A stretch of DNA of 64,000 nucleotides from a virus (lineage: Duplodnaviria > Caudoviricetes), in the IMG/VR virus record IMGVR_UViG_2609460236_000001, positions 1-64,000 of that record; one strand, written 5' to 3'. A program made the position numbers and the translations under genes. Under the pieces are notes generated by a model. That model was not told the origin of the DNA and made no database searches. It was given only the letters and a program-made list of their open reading frames with translations. Below, piece after piece: positions 18,865-27,322 of the stretch (positions are counted from its first letter, which is position 1; every line of letters starts with the position of its first letter).

Positions 18865-19148
18865 TTGTTCCTGCTCCTATCTCGAAAGTCCCAACGTTGC
18901 CATTCGTTATCCGGCAGCTCACTCTTGACCTGTCTGCCTGCCCACTTTGCGAACGTCTCACGTGTCACGACCGGATAACGTCGTCCGATTCCCACGGCGG
19001 GACCGTCATAGGTGATCGCACCGAGAAAGTTGATGTGGATGATCACCCGGTCGTTCACAAACCCGTTGGCGTTTGAAGGACGCTTTGCGCGCCACACCTG
19101 CCCAACGTGGAATGTCTTGCTTTCTTCCAGTGTTGTCCTATCGTTCAT
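18861..19148 (-). CDS. Hypothetical protein
   Basis: 95 aa, coupled to the helicase start. Confidence 0.65.
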   Translation of the reverse strand: MNDRTTLEESKTFHVGQVWRAKRPSNANGFVNDRVIIHINFLGAITYDGPAVGIGRRYPVVTRETFAKWAGRQVKSELPDNEWQRWDFRDRSRNK

Positions 19149-19179
19149 TTCGATTCTTCGCTCCGATTAGGAGGTCGTC

Positions 19180-19347
19180 ATGAATTGGCTCTGCATCAAG
19201 TGCCACCTTGAATTCCCGTTCGATGCCGAAAAAGTCGGAATCGACTCGTTCGGCATCTACGTGTTCTGCCCACACTGCGGCCGGCGCAACAAGCTCATCA
19301 ACATCGGGAAGCGCGGCCATATCGTTCTTCAGCAGACGGGCACGTAA
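19180..19347 (+). CDS. 55-aa zinc-ribbon protein (below the ORF-track cutoff), antisense to the operon
   Basis: AGGAGG at 19169-19174, ATG 19180; MNWLCIKCH...VFCPHCGRRNKL has two CxxC; fills the gap between two minus-strand genes. Confidence 0.8.
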   Translation: MNWLCIKCHLEFPFDAEKVGIDSFGIYVFCPHCGRRNKLINIGKRGHIVLQQTGT

Positions 19348-19351
19348 CGGA

Positions 19352-19708
19352 TCAGGTCAGCAACCCCGACACGTTCGTGAAGTAGCTGTGCATCTGACGC
19401 AGAAGACGCAACTGCTCGCTCGTCAACACGCGCTTGGATAGTTCGTGGCCAAGGTGATAAACGGCCTTGATCATGTACTCCCGCGGATATGACGGGCCGA
19501 AGCTGTAGAGACGAACGTTGTGCCCAACCCGGTAATACGACGGCACCGTGTTGTTCCAGATCATCTTCAGCGTGTTGAACACGTGACGGGTCTCCATCTT
19601 TGCCGGATCGTGCCTATCGCCGTGCCGGTCGCGCCAGCGGAACGTGACGTCGATATGCGTCCGGCGCTCGATATGCGTGCGGAGTTCGACTGCGGTGCTC
19701 ATGCTCAC
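19352..19708 (-). CDS. Hypothetical protein
   Basis: 118 aa, GGAGG RBS. Confidence 0.7.
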   Translation of the reverse strand: MSMSTAVELRTHIERRTHIDVTFRWRDRHGDRHDPAKMETRHVFNTLKMIWNNTVPSYYRVGHNVRLYSFGPSYPREYMIKAVYHLGHELSKRVLTSEQLRLLRQMHSYFTNVSGLLT

Positions 19709-20427
19709 CTCCCTCGGGCGGTGGGTAGATCGGAAAGCATGTCCTCGCGACGCGCATAGCGCCGCAATACAGCCACGCCAAGGCTTTCGAGGGGAAGAGA
19801 CACAATCAGCCCCTCCTCGCCGGCCAGCAGGCCCGTCTTGAGCCGCTGGGCCGGCTTGCGCGCGACGACGTCATACGTGCCGGTGATAATCACGCGACGC
19901 GGCATGTACACCGACTGATCGATGATCGCGTCGACGACCCTCTGGTACTTCGGGTTGGCCTGCGTCAACACCAGCGGCTGGACGTTGGTTCGCTCCAGCT
20001 CTGCACTGATATCGGTCGGCGAGAAGTGCCAAATCGGCCGCACAATCGGCTGGATGGGGCTACTCATGCGCGAGAGCGTGAGCAGCGTGAGCGTCATCTC
20101 GTCGTTCGTGTCCTCCATCACGAACACCCCAGCCTCACCATCCCCCTTCGGGATTGGCAGCATGACTCTGACCAGCGGGTCCCGAGCCAGAGCCTGGAAT
20201 TGCTTCCAGTGTGTCGGGTCCGGGACCGCCGCGCTCACTGGGAAAAGGTGGTTGCATGCAAGCCTGCGCGCCGGCACCACCGCATACGGGGATGGTGCCT
20301 TGAGCGACAGGAAGTTCGATGCGTTGCGACCTTGATGCAAGTACGCAACGCCTTCAGCGTTCCAGTGGATTCCGTACGTCCGTACTTCGATCTTGTGGTC
20401 TGCTTCCTCGTTGTATAGGTCCTTCAT
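19705..20427 (-). CDS. Hypothetical protein
   Basis: 240 aa, 4-nt overlaps on both sides. Confidence 0.7.
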   Translation of the reverse strand: MKDLYNEEADHKIEVRTYGIHWNAEGVAYLHQGRNASNFLSLKAPSPYAVVPARRLACNHLFPVSAAVPDPTHWKQFQALARDPLVRVMLPIPKGDGEAGVFVMEDTNDEMTLTLLTLSRMSSPIQPIVRPIWHFSPTDISAELERTNVQPLVLTQANPKYQRVVDAIIDQSVYMPRRVIITGTYDVVARKPAQRLKTGLLAGEEGLIVSLPLESLGVAVLRRYARREDMLSDLPTARGR

Positions 20428-20828
20428 AGCCGTATCAATTCGCCGACGTGCTTCTTCGTGTACCCCGAAAGGTCCATGAGATCCGTGAGCGTCACTTCGT
20501 AACGTCCAGTCTCGACGGCCGCGACCTTATGAACGGTCCAACCGAGCCGTTCGGAAGCTTCCTTTCGGGTGTGTTTGAGTTCGATCGCTCTGCTGAACGC
20601 AAGCGTTTCGCCAAGCCGCTCATGAGTGCGGCCAAGCGTACGCCTCACAGGTTGTCCCTGTTGTTCAGCGTTCTCTACCTTCTTCCGCTGAGACGCCTTG
20701 ACCCCCTTGGCTGCGATGATCGCCCTGATCGACGGAATCGACAGAGCGAAATCACGAGCGAGAGCCGAGGCTGACTTGCCGTCGACGTAGAGATCCGCGA
20801 TCTGTTGATCGCGTTCCTCCTTCGTCAT
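20424..20828 (-). CDS. Transcription regulator with two HTH domains (C-terminal XRE/Cro-like)
   Basis: ERDQQIADLY..GKS..ALARDF.LS HTH; TRKEASERLGW...VAAVETGR XRE motif. Confidence 0.75.
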   Translation of the reverse strand: MTKEERDQQIADLYVDGKSASALARDFALSIPSIRAIIAAKGVKASQRKKVENAEQQGQPVRRTLGRTHERLGETLAFSRAIELKHTRKEASERLGWTVHKVAAVETGRYEVTLTDLMDLSGYTKKHVGELIRL

Positions 20829-20836
20829 CGCAAGGC

Positions 20837-21064
20837 TCAGACTTTCATGTAGGGGAAACGAGTCGGGTGCTTCTTGATGAGGCTGCTGAAGGCCGCGCCA
20901 AACGATTCGGCCACGACCAGTTGGTCGACGACCTCCTTCGGCACGTTGCTGTACTGGTACTCGTCGCCGTTCTTGACGAAGACGATGTTGAGCCGCTGAT
21001 CTTGTTCGTTATATGCGAATGCGGAGATCTGCGACGAAGTCACAGACATGTAGCCAGATTTCAT
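20837..21064 (-). CDS. KTSC domain protein
   Basis: VTSSQI..FAY...L.I.F..G..YQYSNVP......L..AES.G..F...IK pattern. Confidence 0.88.
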   Translation of the reverse strand: MKSGYMSVTSSQISAFAYNEQDQRLNIVFVKNGDEYQYSNVPKEVVDQLVVAESFGAAFSSLIKKHPTRFPYMKV

Positions 21065-21178
21065 GTTTCGATCTCTTATAGATTGAAGGTTGCTGTTCAG
21101 GTGGTGGTGACACCCGTTGCTACGGTGAGCCTTTACGGAAAGCGTGGTGGTGGGGCGCTTACCGTGAGGCTTTACTGC

Positions 21179-21439
21179 TTAACCTGCATACAACACGATC
21201 TCTTCCGGCACTTCGATCGCAACAGGCGGTTGTCCGATGCCAAAAACCGTCAGCTTGATCGTTGCACCGTTACGCAGCTTCTCGATGTCCTCCTGGCTCG
21301 GTTGCCAGTACGACATCCAGACGTTCTGCTCGTTGTCGCGCACGACGGGTAGAGACTTGCACTTACCATCGCGGTCGTCATTCCAGCCGACCGGCCGGCC
21401 GAGGTCGTGGGTCGTGCGCGCGGTCTTGACGGGAGTCAT
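21179..21439 (-). CDS. Hypothetical phage protein
   Basis: P.GW....G.C..LPV...S.WQPS.ED...L..G...QPPV pattern. Confidence 0.7.
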   Translation of the reverse strand: MTPVKTARTTHDLGRPVGWNDDRDGKCKSLPVVRDNEQNVWMSYWQPSQEDIEKLRNGATIKLTVFGIGQPPVAIEVPEEIVLYAG

Positions 21440-21648
21440 CACGTCGCTGCCCTCCACCCGTCATGCCAGAACATCCAGTAGCGGTGAACTTCCGAGTTGG
21501 TGTACCCGTCGTCCTTCGGGTCACGTTCCAGCGACAGGCCTTCGAGCCATTCGTGCTGCTCGAATTCCCGGCGCATCCGGTCATTCTCCGCGGCTTCGTG
21601 TGCAGCGGCGACGATCGCAAGGTTGCGAGCCAGTGGTGATTGACTCAT
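21439..21648 (-). CDS. Hypothetical protein
   Basis: 69 aa, coupled. Confidence 0.6.
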   Translation of the reverse strand: MSQSPLARNLAIVAAAHEAAENDRMRREFEQHEWLEGLSLERDPKDDGYTNSEVHRYWMFWHDGWRAAT

Positions 21649-21911
21649 GCCTTCACCTTCGTGCGTCGGAGTTCATCGCGCAGGCGCTTCAGGCGCGCGA
21701 TCTGCTTCTTGGCCAGTTGGCCAGAGTTGATCGTGTTCGCGACGGCCGAGTACCACGTATCACGTGAAATCGGGGACTCGGTGCCTTGGTCGTCGGCGAC
21801 CTTCACGTTTGAGAACTTGCGGAGTGCTTCGCCGGTCTTGACCAGTGCGTCGACAGCTTTGGGTACATCGGCCAGGGGGTGAGGTCTCGCCTCTGTGGTG
21901 GTGATATTCAT
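21645..21911 (-). CDS. Hypothetical protein
   Basis: Likely start MNITTTE at 21911, coupled on both sides. Confidence 0.6.
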   Translation of the reverse strand: MNITTTEARPHPLADVPKAVDALVKTGEALRKFSNVKVADDQGTESPISRDTWYSAVANTINSGQLAKKQIARLKRLRDELRRTKVKA

Positions 21912-22207
21912 TCTGATTCCGTACGGAAGATTCCAACTACAGCGGGCGACTCCACCGATTGCCCAAACCAGTATCCGGGATCGAGACGTGCGTTGACAAG
22001 GGCTTTTACCTCCTCCCACATCTGCAATCCCTCGTTCTGCCAAAACGGGTGATCCTGCATGCGTATCGCCTGCTTCAGCCCGTGTGGCAGGTACTTCTCC
22101 TTCAGGTCGACAAAGGCGTTGATATCGACCTTCAGGAGCACAACAAGCGCGATGTCAACGACATCACGGGTCTTGCCGCTCTCGGCTCGATATGCAATGA
22201 CTTCCAT
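21908..22207 (-). CDS. Hypothetical protein
   Basis: 99 aa, in operon. Confidence 0.6.
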   Translation of the reverse strand: MEVIAYRAESGKTRDVVDIALVVLLKVDINAFVDLKEKYLPHGLKQAIRMQDHPFWQNEGLQMWEEVKALVNARLDPGYWFGQSVESPAVVGIFRTESE

Positions 22208-22423
22208 CTATCGCATCTCGATCTTCGCGCCGTCCGGTATGTAGCCCACCGGCAGCACAAAGAAGCCCTTGATGACGCGAAGCTTTTCCAGCGTCTTCAT
22301 GGTCCGAACCCACGCGTCTAGCACACACTCGTGGGTGAAATACTTCGGCTCCATGTGGTTATCCAGGTGGTGGACCTGTATCACCTGCGGCGGATTCAAC
22401 AAGGTGCCCTTTTCCGATGTCAC
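22208..22423 (-). CDS. Hypothetical protein
   Basis: AAGGAGG RBS before GTG. Confidence 0.6.
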   Translation of the reverse strand: MTSEKGTLLNPPQVIQVHHLDNHMEPKYFTHECVLDAWVRTMKTLEKLRVIKGFFVLPVGYIPDGAKIEMR

Positions 22424-23303
22424 GTAGTACCTCCTTTATCAGCTCGGGTTGAAAATCGATCATGTATGGATGATTCATCACGTCCGCAAGGGTCCGCGGT
22501 TGGGTCACTTCCAACAGAGTTTCCATCAGTGCTTCACACGCATCTCGAAGGTTCTCCTCGCCATATTGCGCGCCCCCTTCAGCTTCAGCGTCGCCGGCAG
22601 TGGGAGGTGGCACGCTGTCATGGATATGCCAGTGCGCTGGATTACAGCACAAGGTGTTTCTACACTCATTCGTGAGTATGTACCGGTCAGACTTGTGCAA
22701 GTCCGGTGTCGCCCACTCAAAGACGATCTTGTGTACCGCCTTGCGCTTCCCTCCCCCTACCCTTACCTGACCATATGGTGAATCTACAGTTAGTTGGTAG
22801 AAGGGAACCCACTCAGCCGTCCGCACCTTCTTCTGACGCGCACCGAGGTGTGTCTTTGGTCCCTTCCACGGCCAACACTGGTCAGGTTGGCCGAAGTTCT
22901 CTATACGCTCCTTCAGATCCTCAACCAAGGCCCCAAGATCGTGGCGCTCCTGGCCGACGAGTTGCCAGTGAGTATCGTTGCAACATAGCGTGTTACCACA
23001 CCTATTGACAAGTCGATACTGTGGCTTGCCAAGCAATTCTGGGTTGGCCAGTTCGAACGTGATCTTATGGACTGTCTTCCGTCGCCCACCTCCCACCTTC
23101 ACCAATCCATACGACGACACTACGGTAGATTGGTAAATGGGAACCCCTTCGGATTTCCGTATCTTCGTTACCTTTTTTCCAGCATTTGTCTTGGCCCCCC
23201 TCCACGGCCAGCACACATCAGACCGACCGAAGTTCTCGATACGGCCCTTGATGCGCCCAATCAGATCCTCAAGTTGCGCTTTACGATCAACAATCTCACT
23301 CAT
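22359..23303 (-). CDS. Protein with two tandem HNH / His-Cys-box-like domains
   Basis: CWPWxG...YG.V.VGGG...VHKI.FE...NxCxNTLCCNxxHW occurs twice. Confidence 0.75.
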   Translation of the reverse strand: MSEIVDRKAQLEDLIGRIKGRIENFGRSDVCWPWRGAKTNAGKKVTKIRKSEGVPIYQSTVVSSYGLVKVGGGRRKTVHKITFELANPELLGKPQYRLVNRCGNTLCCNDTHWQLVGQERHDLGALVEDLKERIENFGQPDQCWPWKGPKTHLGARQKKVRTAEWVPFYQLTVDSPYGQVRVGGGKRKAVHKIVFEWATPDLHKSDRYILTNECRNTLCCNPAHWHIHDSVPPPTAGDAEAEGGAQYGEENLRDACEALMETLLEVTQPRTLADVMNHPYMIDFQPELIKEVLRDIGKGHLVESAAGDTGPPPG

Positions 23304-24198
23304 AGTCGGGGCAACCGTCAGCGATGTATGTCGACGCCTTGCCGATCATCAGCTTCGCGTCGCTGATGATCTGCTTGTTCACGCTCCACGCACCCTGATC
23401 GATAACAGCGTCGATATGCGACGACACGAGCTGGTCAAGATACTGCGGCGGCAAAGCGTCAAGCTCCCAACTGGATTCACCGTACTGGTCAAGATACGAC
23501 TTGAACCGAGCATCCGTGGACTTCGCCGGATTCTCTGGCGGGTTCAGCTCCTCAACTTGAGCCATATTGAGCGCGATGCGCTTCAGCTCGAACGAGTGCC
23601 CTCCGAACATCCGGAGCCGTTCAAGCAGATCGCGCGTCATATCGATCCCGCTCGGGTCGTGATCGCCAAGATGCAGAATGAGGCCGCGTTGGCCTTCACG
23701 CATGCTGGGAATAATGTCGCTCAGCGCGAACTCGCGCAACACCGTCGACGACGGATAGCCACGCGCGGCGAGCAGCGGGGTATCGTAACGATGGCACACT
23801 CGTTCGAGCACCCCTACGAGCGCTTCCTTCTCGACGATGACGAATACACGACGTGATTGACCGATCCAGAGATCCTGATGGTACTGATCCGCACAGGCGT
23901 CGATGATTGATGTCGGCGACGTCCAACGCGAGCGGCGAATGAACGCACGCGTTCGATCCTCCAGCATGTCCCAGTCGATCAGGCCCGCAAGCTTTCCGTC
24001 GTTGATAATCGACGCAGCGCGCTTGTATTCCTGCAAATTGTTGGGAATGATGTCGCGCGCGACGAGCTGGTAATACAGCTGCCGCGTGGTCAAGACATAC
24101 CCTTGGCGCTGATACTCGCCAACGATATCGTTGATAATTCCGATCAGTTCGAGGGTGGAAGGCTTGAACCGCTTCCCCTCATATTTTTGAGTGGCCAT
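23296..24198 (-). CDS. TopoVI-A/Spo11-like winged-helix plus TOPRIM protein
   Basis: TTRQLYYQLV, VIVEKEAL, GDHDPSG (DxD), WELDAL. Confidence 0.75.
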   Translation of the reverse strand: MATQKYEGKRFKPSTLELIGIINDIVGEYQRQGYVLTTRQLYYQLVARDIIPNNLQEYKRAASIINDGKLAGLIDWDMLEDRTRAFIRRSRWTSPTSIIDACADQYHQDLWIGQSRRVFVIVEKEALVGVLERVCHRYDTPLLAARGYPSSTVLREFALSDIIPSMREGQRGLILHLGDHDPSGIDMTRDLLERLRMFGGHSFELKRIALNMAQVEELNPPENPAKSTDARFKSYLDQYGESSWELDALPPQYLDQLVSSHIDAVIDQGAWSVNKQIISDAKLMIGKASTYIADGCPDYE

Positions 24199-24222
24199 GT
24201 TTTCTCTCGAAAATGTCGAAAT

Positions 24223-24251
24223 AAAAGCCGCATGGCTAAACCATGCGGCTT
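24223..24251 (-). terminator. Rho-independent terminator
   Basis: AAGCCGCATGG stem plus U-run on the minus strand. Confidence 0.7.
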
Positions 24252-24280
24252 CAGATCGATGAACTACTACGCTTCGTCGA

Positions 24281-24694
24281 TTACTGCGTCTTCAGCAGCG
24301 TCGGTTGGAGCTTGTAGTGCTTCGAGAGGTACGTCAGGATCGCATCGCCATGCTCCGCCAGGTTGGCCAGCAGTTGCTCTTCGGTCGCTGCGACCGGCAG
24401 AGCGTAACCTTCGGTGATCACGTTGCCGTCCGCGCCCTTCACCGGCTCGATGTGAACCGGTTTCACGCCGTGCAGCATGAAGTCAACGATCTTCTTCAGC
24501 GACGTGGTGCGTTCGGCGACGAACGCTTCACGAGCCTTCTGCTGCTCCTGGAAGCGGGTTTCGTCCGCGGCCGACCAGTTCGATGCAGCCTTCGGAGCGC
24601 CGCGCAGCGCGCGCGGGGACTTGCCGTCATTGCCGCCTTTATTCTTCTTCGGAGCAGCGGAGTTCTTGGTCGTGGTGGTGGGTTCCATCTTCAA
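24281..24694 (-). CDS. Hypothetical protein with basic N-terminus
   Basis: 137 aa, AAGGA RBS, biased codons, followed by a terminator. Confidence 0.7.
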   Translation of the reverse strand: MKMEPTTTTKNSAAPKKNKGGNDGKSPRALRGAPKAASNWSAADETRFQEQQKAREAFVAERTTSLKKIVDFMLHGVKPVHIEPVKGADGNVITEGYALPVAATEEQLLANLAEHGDAILTYLSKHYKLQPTLLKTQ

Positions 24695-24749
24695 TTCCTT
24701 CAGGGTATGTTTTGGTTGAGAGAGGTGATCAGCCTGCCAGGTCGGCCAA

Positions 24750-25130
24750 TCAGGTACGGCCTCTCATCGACACGGGTAGCAATCCCGCGGCGATGAGATG
24801 GTTCAGGACAACGGCCGGCGTAGAAACCGGGAACGTCCTGACACATTCGCTGAGACCCAGTGCGATGGCATCGATGGCCTTTTTACGCACAGTCGCAGCT
24901 TCAGCCTCGCTGTGTCGCGGGAGGTAAGGCACGAGCGCGCGGCAAATCTGCTCTGCCCGCTCGATCAGGCCGTCCGTGATGTCGGTCTCGCTGATGTCGC
25001 GATAAGCAAACGTGCTCACGACGGCTTCGACAGACGCCCGCTGATGGGCCTCTACTTCTTCCTTGCGCGATGCCAGTTCGCGCAGCAGACGCTCGTCGTC
25101 GTCCGTCCAGGTTGTGGTGGTGGTGGTCAT
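24750..25130 (-). CDS. Hypothetical protein
   Basis: 126 aa, begins MTTTTTT. Confidence 0.65.
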   Translation of the reverse strand: MTTTTTTWTDDDERLLRELASRKEEVEAHQRASVEAVVSTFAYRDISETDITDGLIERAEQICRALVPYLPRHSEAEAATVRKKAIDAIALGLSECVRTFPVSTPAVVLNHLIAAGLLPVSMRGRT

Positions 25131-25188
25131 GTCTCAATCCGCGACACAACGACAAGGGCCAGCTTATCGGTGCATCGGTATTCGTTTT

Positions 25189-25422
25189 TTACAGGTGACG
25201 GTTGTCCGAGATCTCGTTGTTGAAAGCGCGGCCCCGCGCGGTGTTGCCCCGCAATGCAAAGGCATCCTTCTCATTCTCGAACTTCTTGCCGATGTACTGC
25301 CGCAGCTCAACGGCATCCCAGTCGGTTGGCATGTGATCGATGCGCTTCATCACGTCATCCTGCACATTCTTGATCAGGTCTTTCACGAACTTTCGTTTCT
25401 GTGCTGCCGTCTGCAATGCCAT
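25189..25422 (-). CDS. Hypothetical protein
   Basis: Likely start MALQT; MPTDWDAVELR. Confidence 0.55.
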   Translation of the reverse strand: MALQTAAQKRKFVKDLIKNVQDDVMKRIDHMPTDWDAVELRQYIGKKFENEKDAFALRGNTARGRAFNNEISDNRHL

Positions 25423-25584
25423 CTTTCTATCACCTTGGGATCGCTGGATCATACATTAGATGATCATTATATTGTTGAAATATTAACCGTGCAGTTTGCT
25501 CTAACCGTTGATCCCGGCATTGCCTACCGCGTCGGTTGATGGAGATGCCATTCTATTGAAGAAACGCTCCTCCTTCCATCTTGA

Positions 25585-26295
25585 CTATACGATAGTCGGG
25601 ACATCCCGTTCGGCCCAATGCCGACGTTCAAGCTCCTCCATTTTATTGGCATCTTGTGCAGCTTTCACCTGAAAAATCAGGCTCTTTGCTCATTCGAACG
25701 CGACTGCTACGTGGTATTCCTTGTGCGACTCGACGCCACCGACGCTGTCGCTGAAGTGCTCGCCTTCAACAAGCTCTCCATCATCGTTTGAACGAAGTAT
25801 CGTCACCTTGACCCACATGTATTCCCATTGTTCATTACACCATTGTCGTAGGAATTCGAAATCACGGCGAACGGCTTCTGCGCGAATTTTGCAACCCGTT
25901 AAACGTTTGCTGGGGTCTATTCCAGGCGTTTCCACTGTTTCCAACGCAAGGCGAGGTACGCGCAATCCATTGGCGATCTGATATTCGGCGCGCTTTACGC
26001 GTCGCACGATCTTTTTGGATAGCCGCTTGATCAATTCCGCCTGATCTTCCTCGCTCAAACCCCATCCGTCATTCTTGGCGATCTGGTTTGACGCCGCGAT
26101 GTCGTAATAGCGTCGCGAGGCTCGATCCGACACCAGCACAACTTCGCCGGGTCGCTTGTTCCTACGCGTCCAGTCTGACGCGACGCCGTGGCCATCATGG
26201 TTGGCCCACAGCTCGCTGATGTCGTCGTCTCGTTCGAAATGAGCCCTGAAACTGTATCCTTCAAGCTCGAATGTATTCCCGTTGTACTGGTGCAT
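25585..26295 (-). pseudogene. Paralog of 33357-34118 with an in-frame TGA at 25690-25692
   Basis: Similarity to the paralog continues in frame past the stop (HWAERDVPT vs YWAQRDTVT) to TAG at 25585-25587. Confidence 0.7.
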
Positions 26296-26302
26296 GGTGT
26301 GC

Positions 26303-26617
26303 CTATTTTGTGATCCCTGCTGCCGCTAACGCCTTCGGCCACCAGCGGTGTGCCCGGTCGTTGGCAGGGTGCAAGGAGATGTTGCGGAAGGAGCCGTCAC
26401 GATGATCGCGTTCCCCATGAGAAGTGATCCAGCGGGGGTTCGACGACGGGTAGTCACTCGGTTCAGCACCGGCGTATTCGAATCTGAGCAGGTGAACCAG
26501 CTCCTTGAACGTGTATGAAACGTCTTGCCAATCGAAGCCCGTCTCGTCGGCATTACCCTGTTCAGCACTCTCGTCCGTGATGACCTCATAGGTCTGGTGG
26601 AATTTCATTGGCGTCAT
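26303..26617 (-). CDS. Hypothetical phage protein
   Basis: TYEVITDESAEQG..DETGF; AAGGA RBS. Confidence 0.7.
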   Translation of the reverse strand: MTPMKFHQTYEVITDESAEQGNADETGFDWQDVSYTFKELVHLLRFEYAGAEPSDYPSSNPRWITSHGERDHRDGSFRNISLHPANDRAHRWWPKALAAAGITK

Positions 26618-26778
26618 ACGATGATCCTTGCCATTGAGCGGACGTCTGCATCCGACATGTCATGAAACTGCTGCGTGACGAGGGAACGAAACGATTCCTC
26701 GAAACCCACCTTGCGTGCTTGCTCAACAGTCGCCGCTACGAGGTACGTCCGCAAAACTTGCGTATCAGACATGAACAT
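26614..26778 (-). CDS. 54-aa hypothetical protein (below the ORF-track cutoff)
   Basis: AAGGA RBS, MFMSDTQV...RIIV, stop overlaps the next ATG. Confidence 0.55.
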   Translation of the reverse strand: MFMSDTQVLRTYLVAATVEQARKVGFEESFRSLVTQQFHDMSDADVRSMARIIV

Positions 26779-26810
26779 GTGCAGATCCTTTTGTGCTGAA
26801 TTGAGAAAAT

Positions 26811-26837
26811 AAAAAAGCCCACCGATCGGTGGGCTTT
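26811..26837 (-). terminator. Rho-independent terminator after the lipoprotein gene
   Basis: AAAGCCCACCG stem plus U-run. Confidence 0.75.
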
Positions 26838-26864
26838 GAACATGGCTTCGCGACTAGACGTCGT

Positions 26865-27278
26865 TCATTCAAGGGCAGGCTGCAACAACACCGTGCTCGC
26901 TGAGTCGAGACGGTATGTTCTGTATCGACTTGGAACGTTGATCAGGATGGACTGTGGCTCAATACTGGTCCACACGCCATTACGTGCCGAAAGCATGTGC
27001 TCGCCAGCGGGAAGGTATAGGTTGACGCGCTCATCGGTCGCCATTGATGCGATTTTCACACCATCAGCCAACAACTCATAGCGCGCACCGCCACCCGCGA
27101 TAAACGAGCCACCAGTGCGTATAACTGTGATCTTCTGCGCACCTTCCACCGGTTGCGCATACTTCGTCGAATAGATCCTGTCCGCAGGAACGTCCTTTGC
27201 CTGCTCAAATGGAAGAGTTCTTGACGCACACGCCGTCAAACACCCCGTAAGAGCAATGCAGAGAATCACCTTGTTCAC
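26865..27278 (-). CDS. Lipoprotein (moron-like)
   Basis: Signal peptide with lipobox LTAC; lower GC; own terminator. Confidence 0.75.
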   Translation of the reverse strand: MNKVILCIALTGCLTACASRTLPFEQAKDVPADRIYSTKYAQPVEGAQKITVIRTGGSFIAGGGARYELLADGVKIASMATDERVNLYLPAGEHMLSARNGVWTSIEPQSILINVPSRYRTYRLDSASTVLLQPALE

Positions 27279-27322
27279 TTCCGCCCCCTCTGTATATAAA
27301 AGGACTAGAAGTATGCCCTACC

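Noticed and set aside
19138-19320. 60-aa minus ORF in the track
   Set aside because: The + strand zinc-ribbon ORF with AGGAGG explains the interval better.
27290-27305. CTGTATATAAAAGGAC as an SOS box before the lipoprotein gene
   Set aside because: Lacks the terminal CAG half-site.
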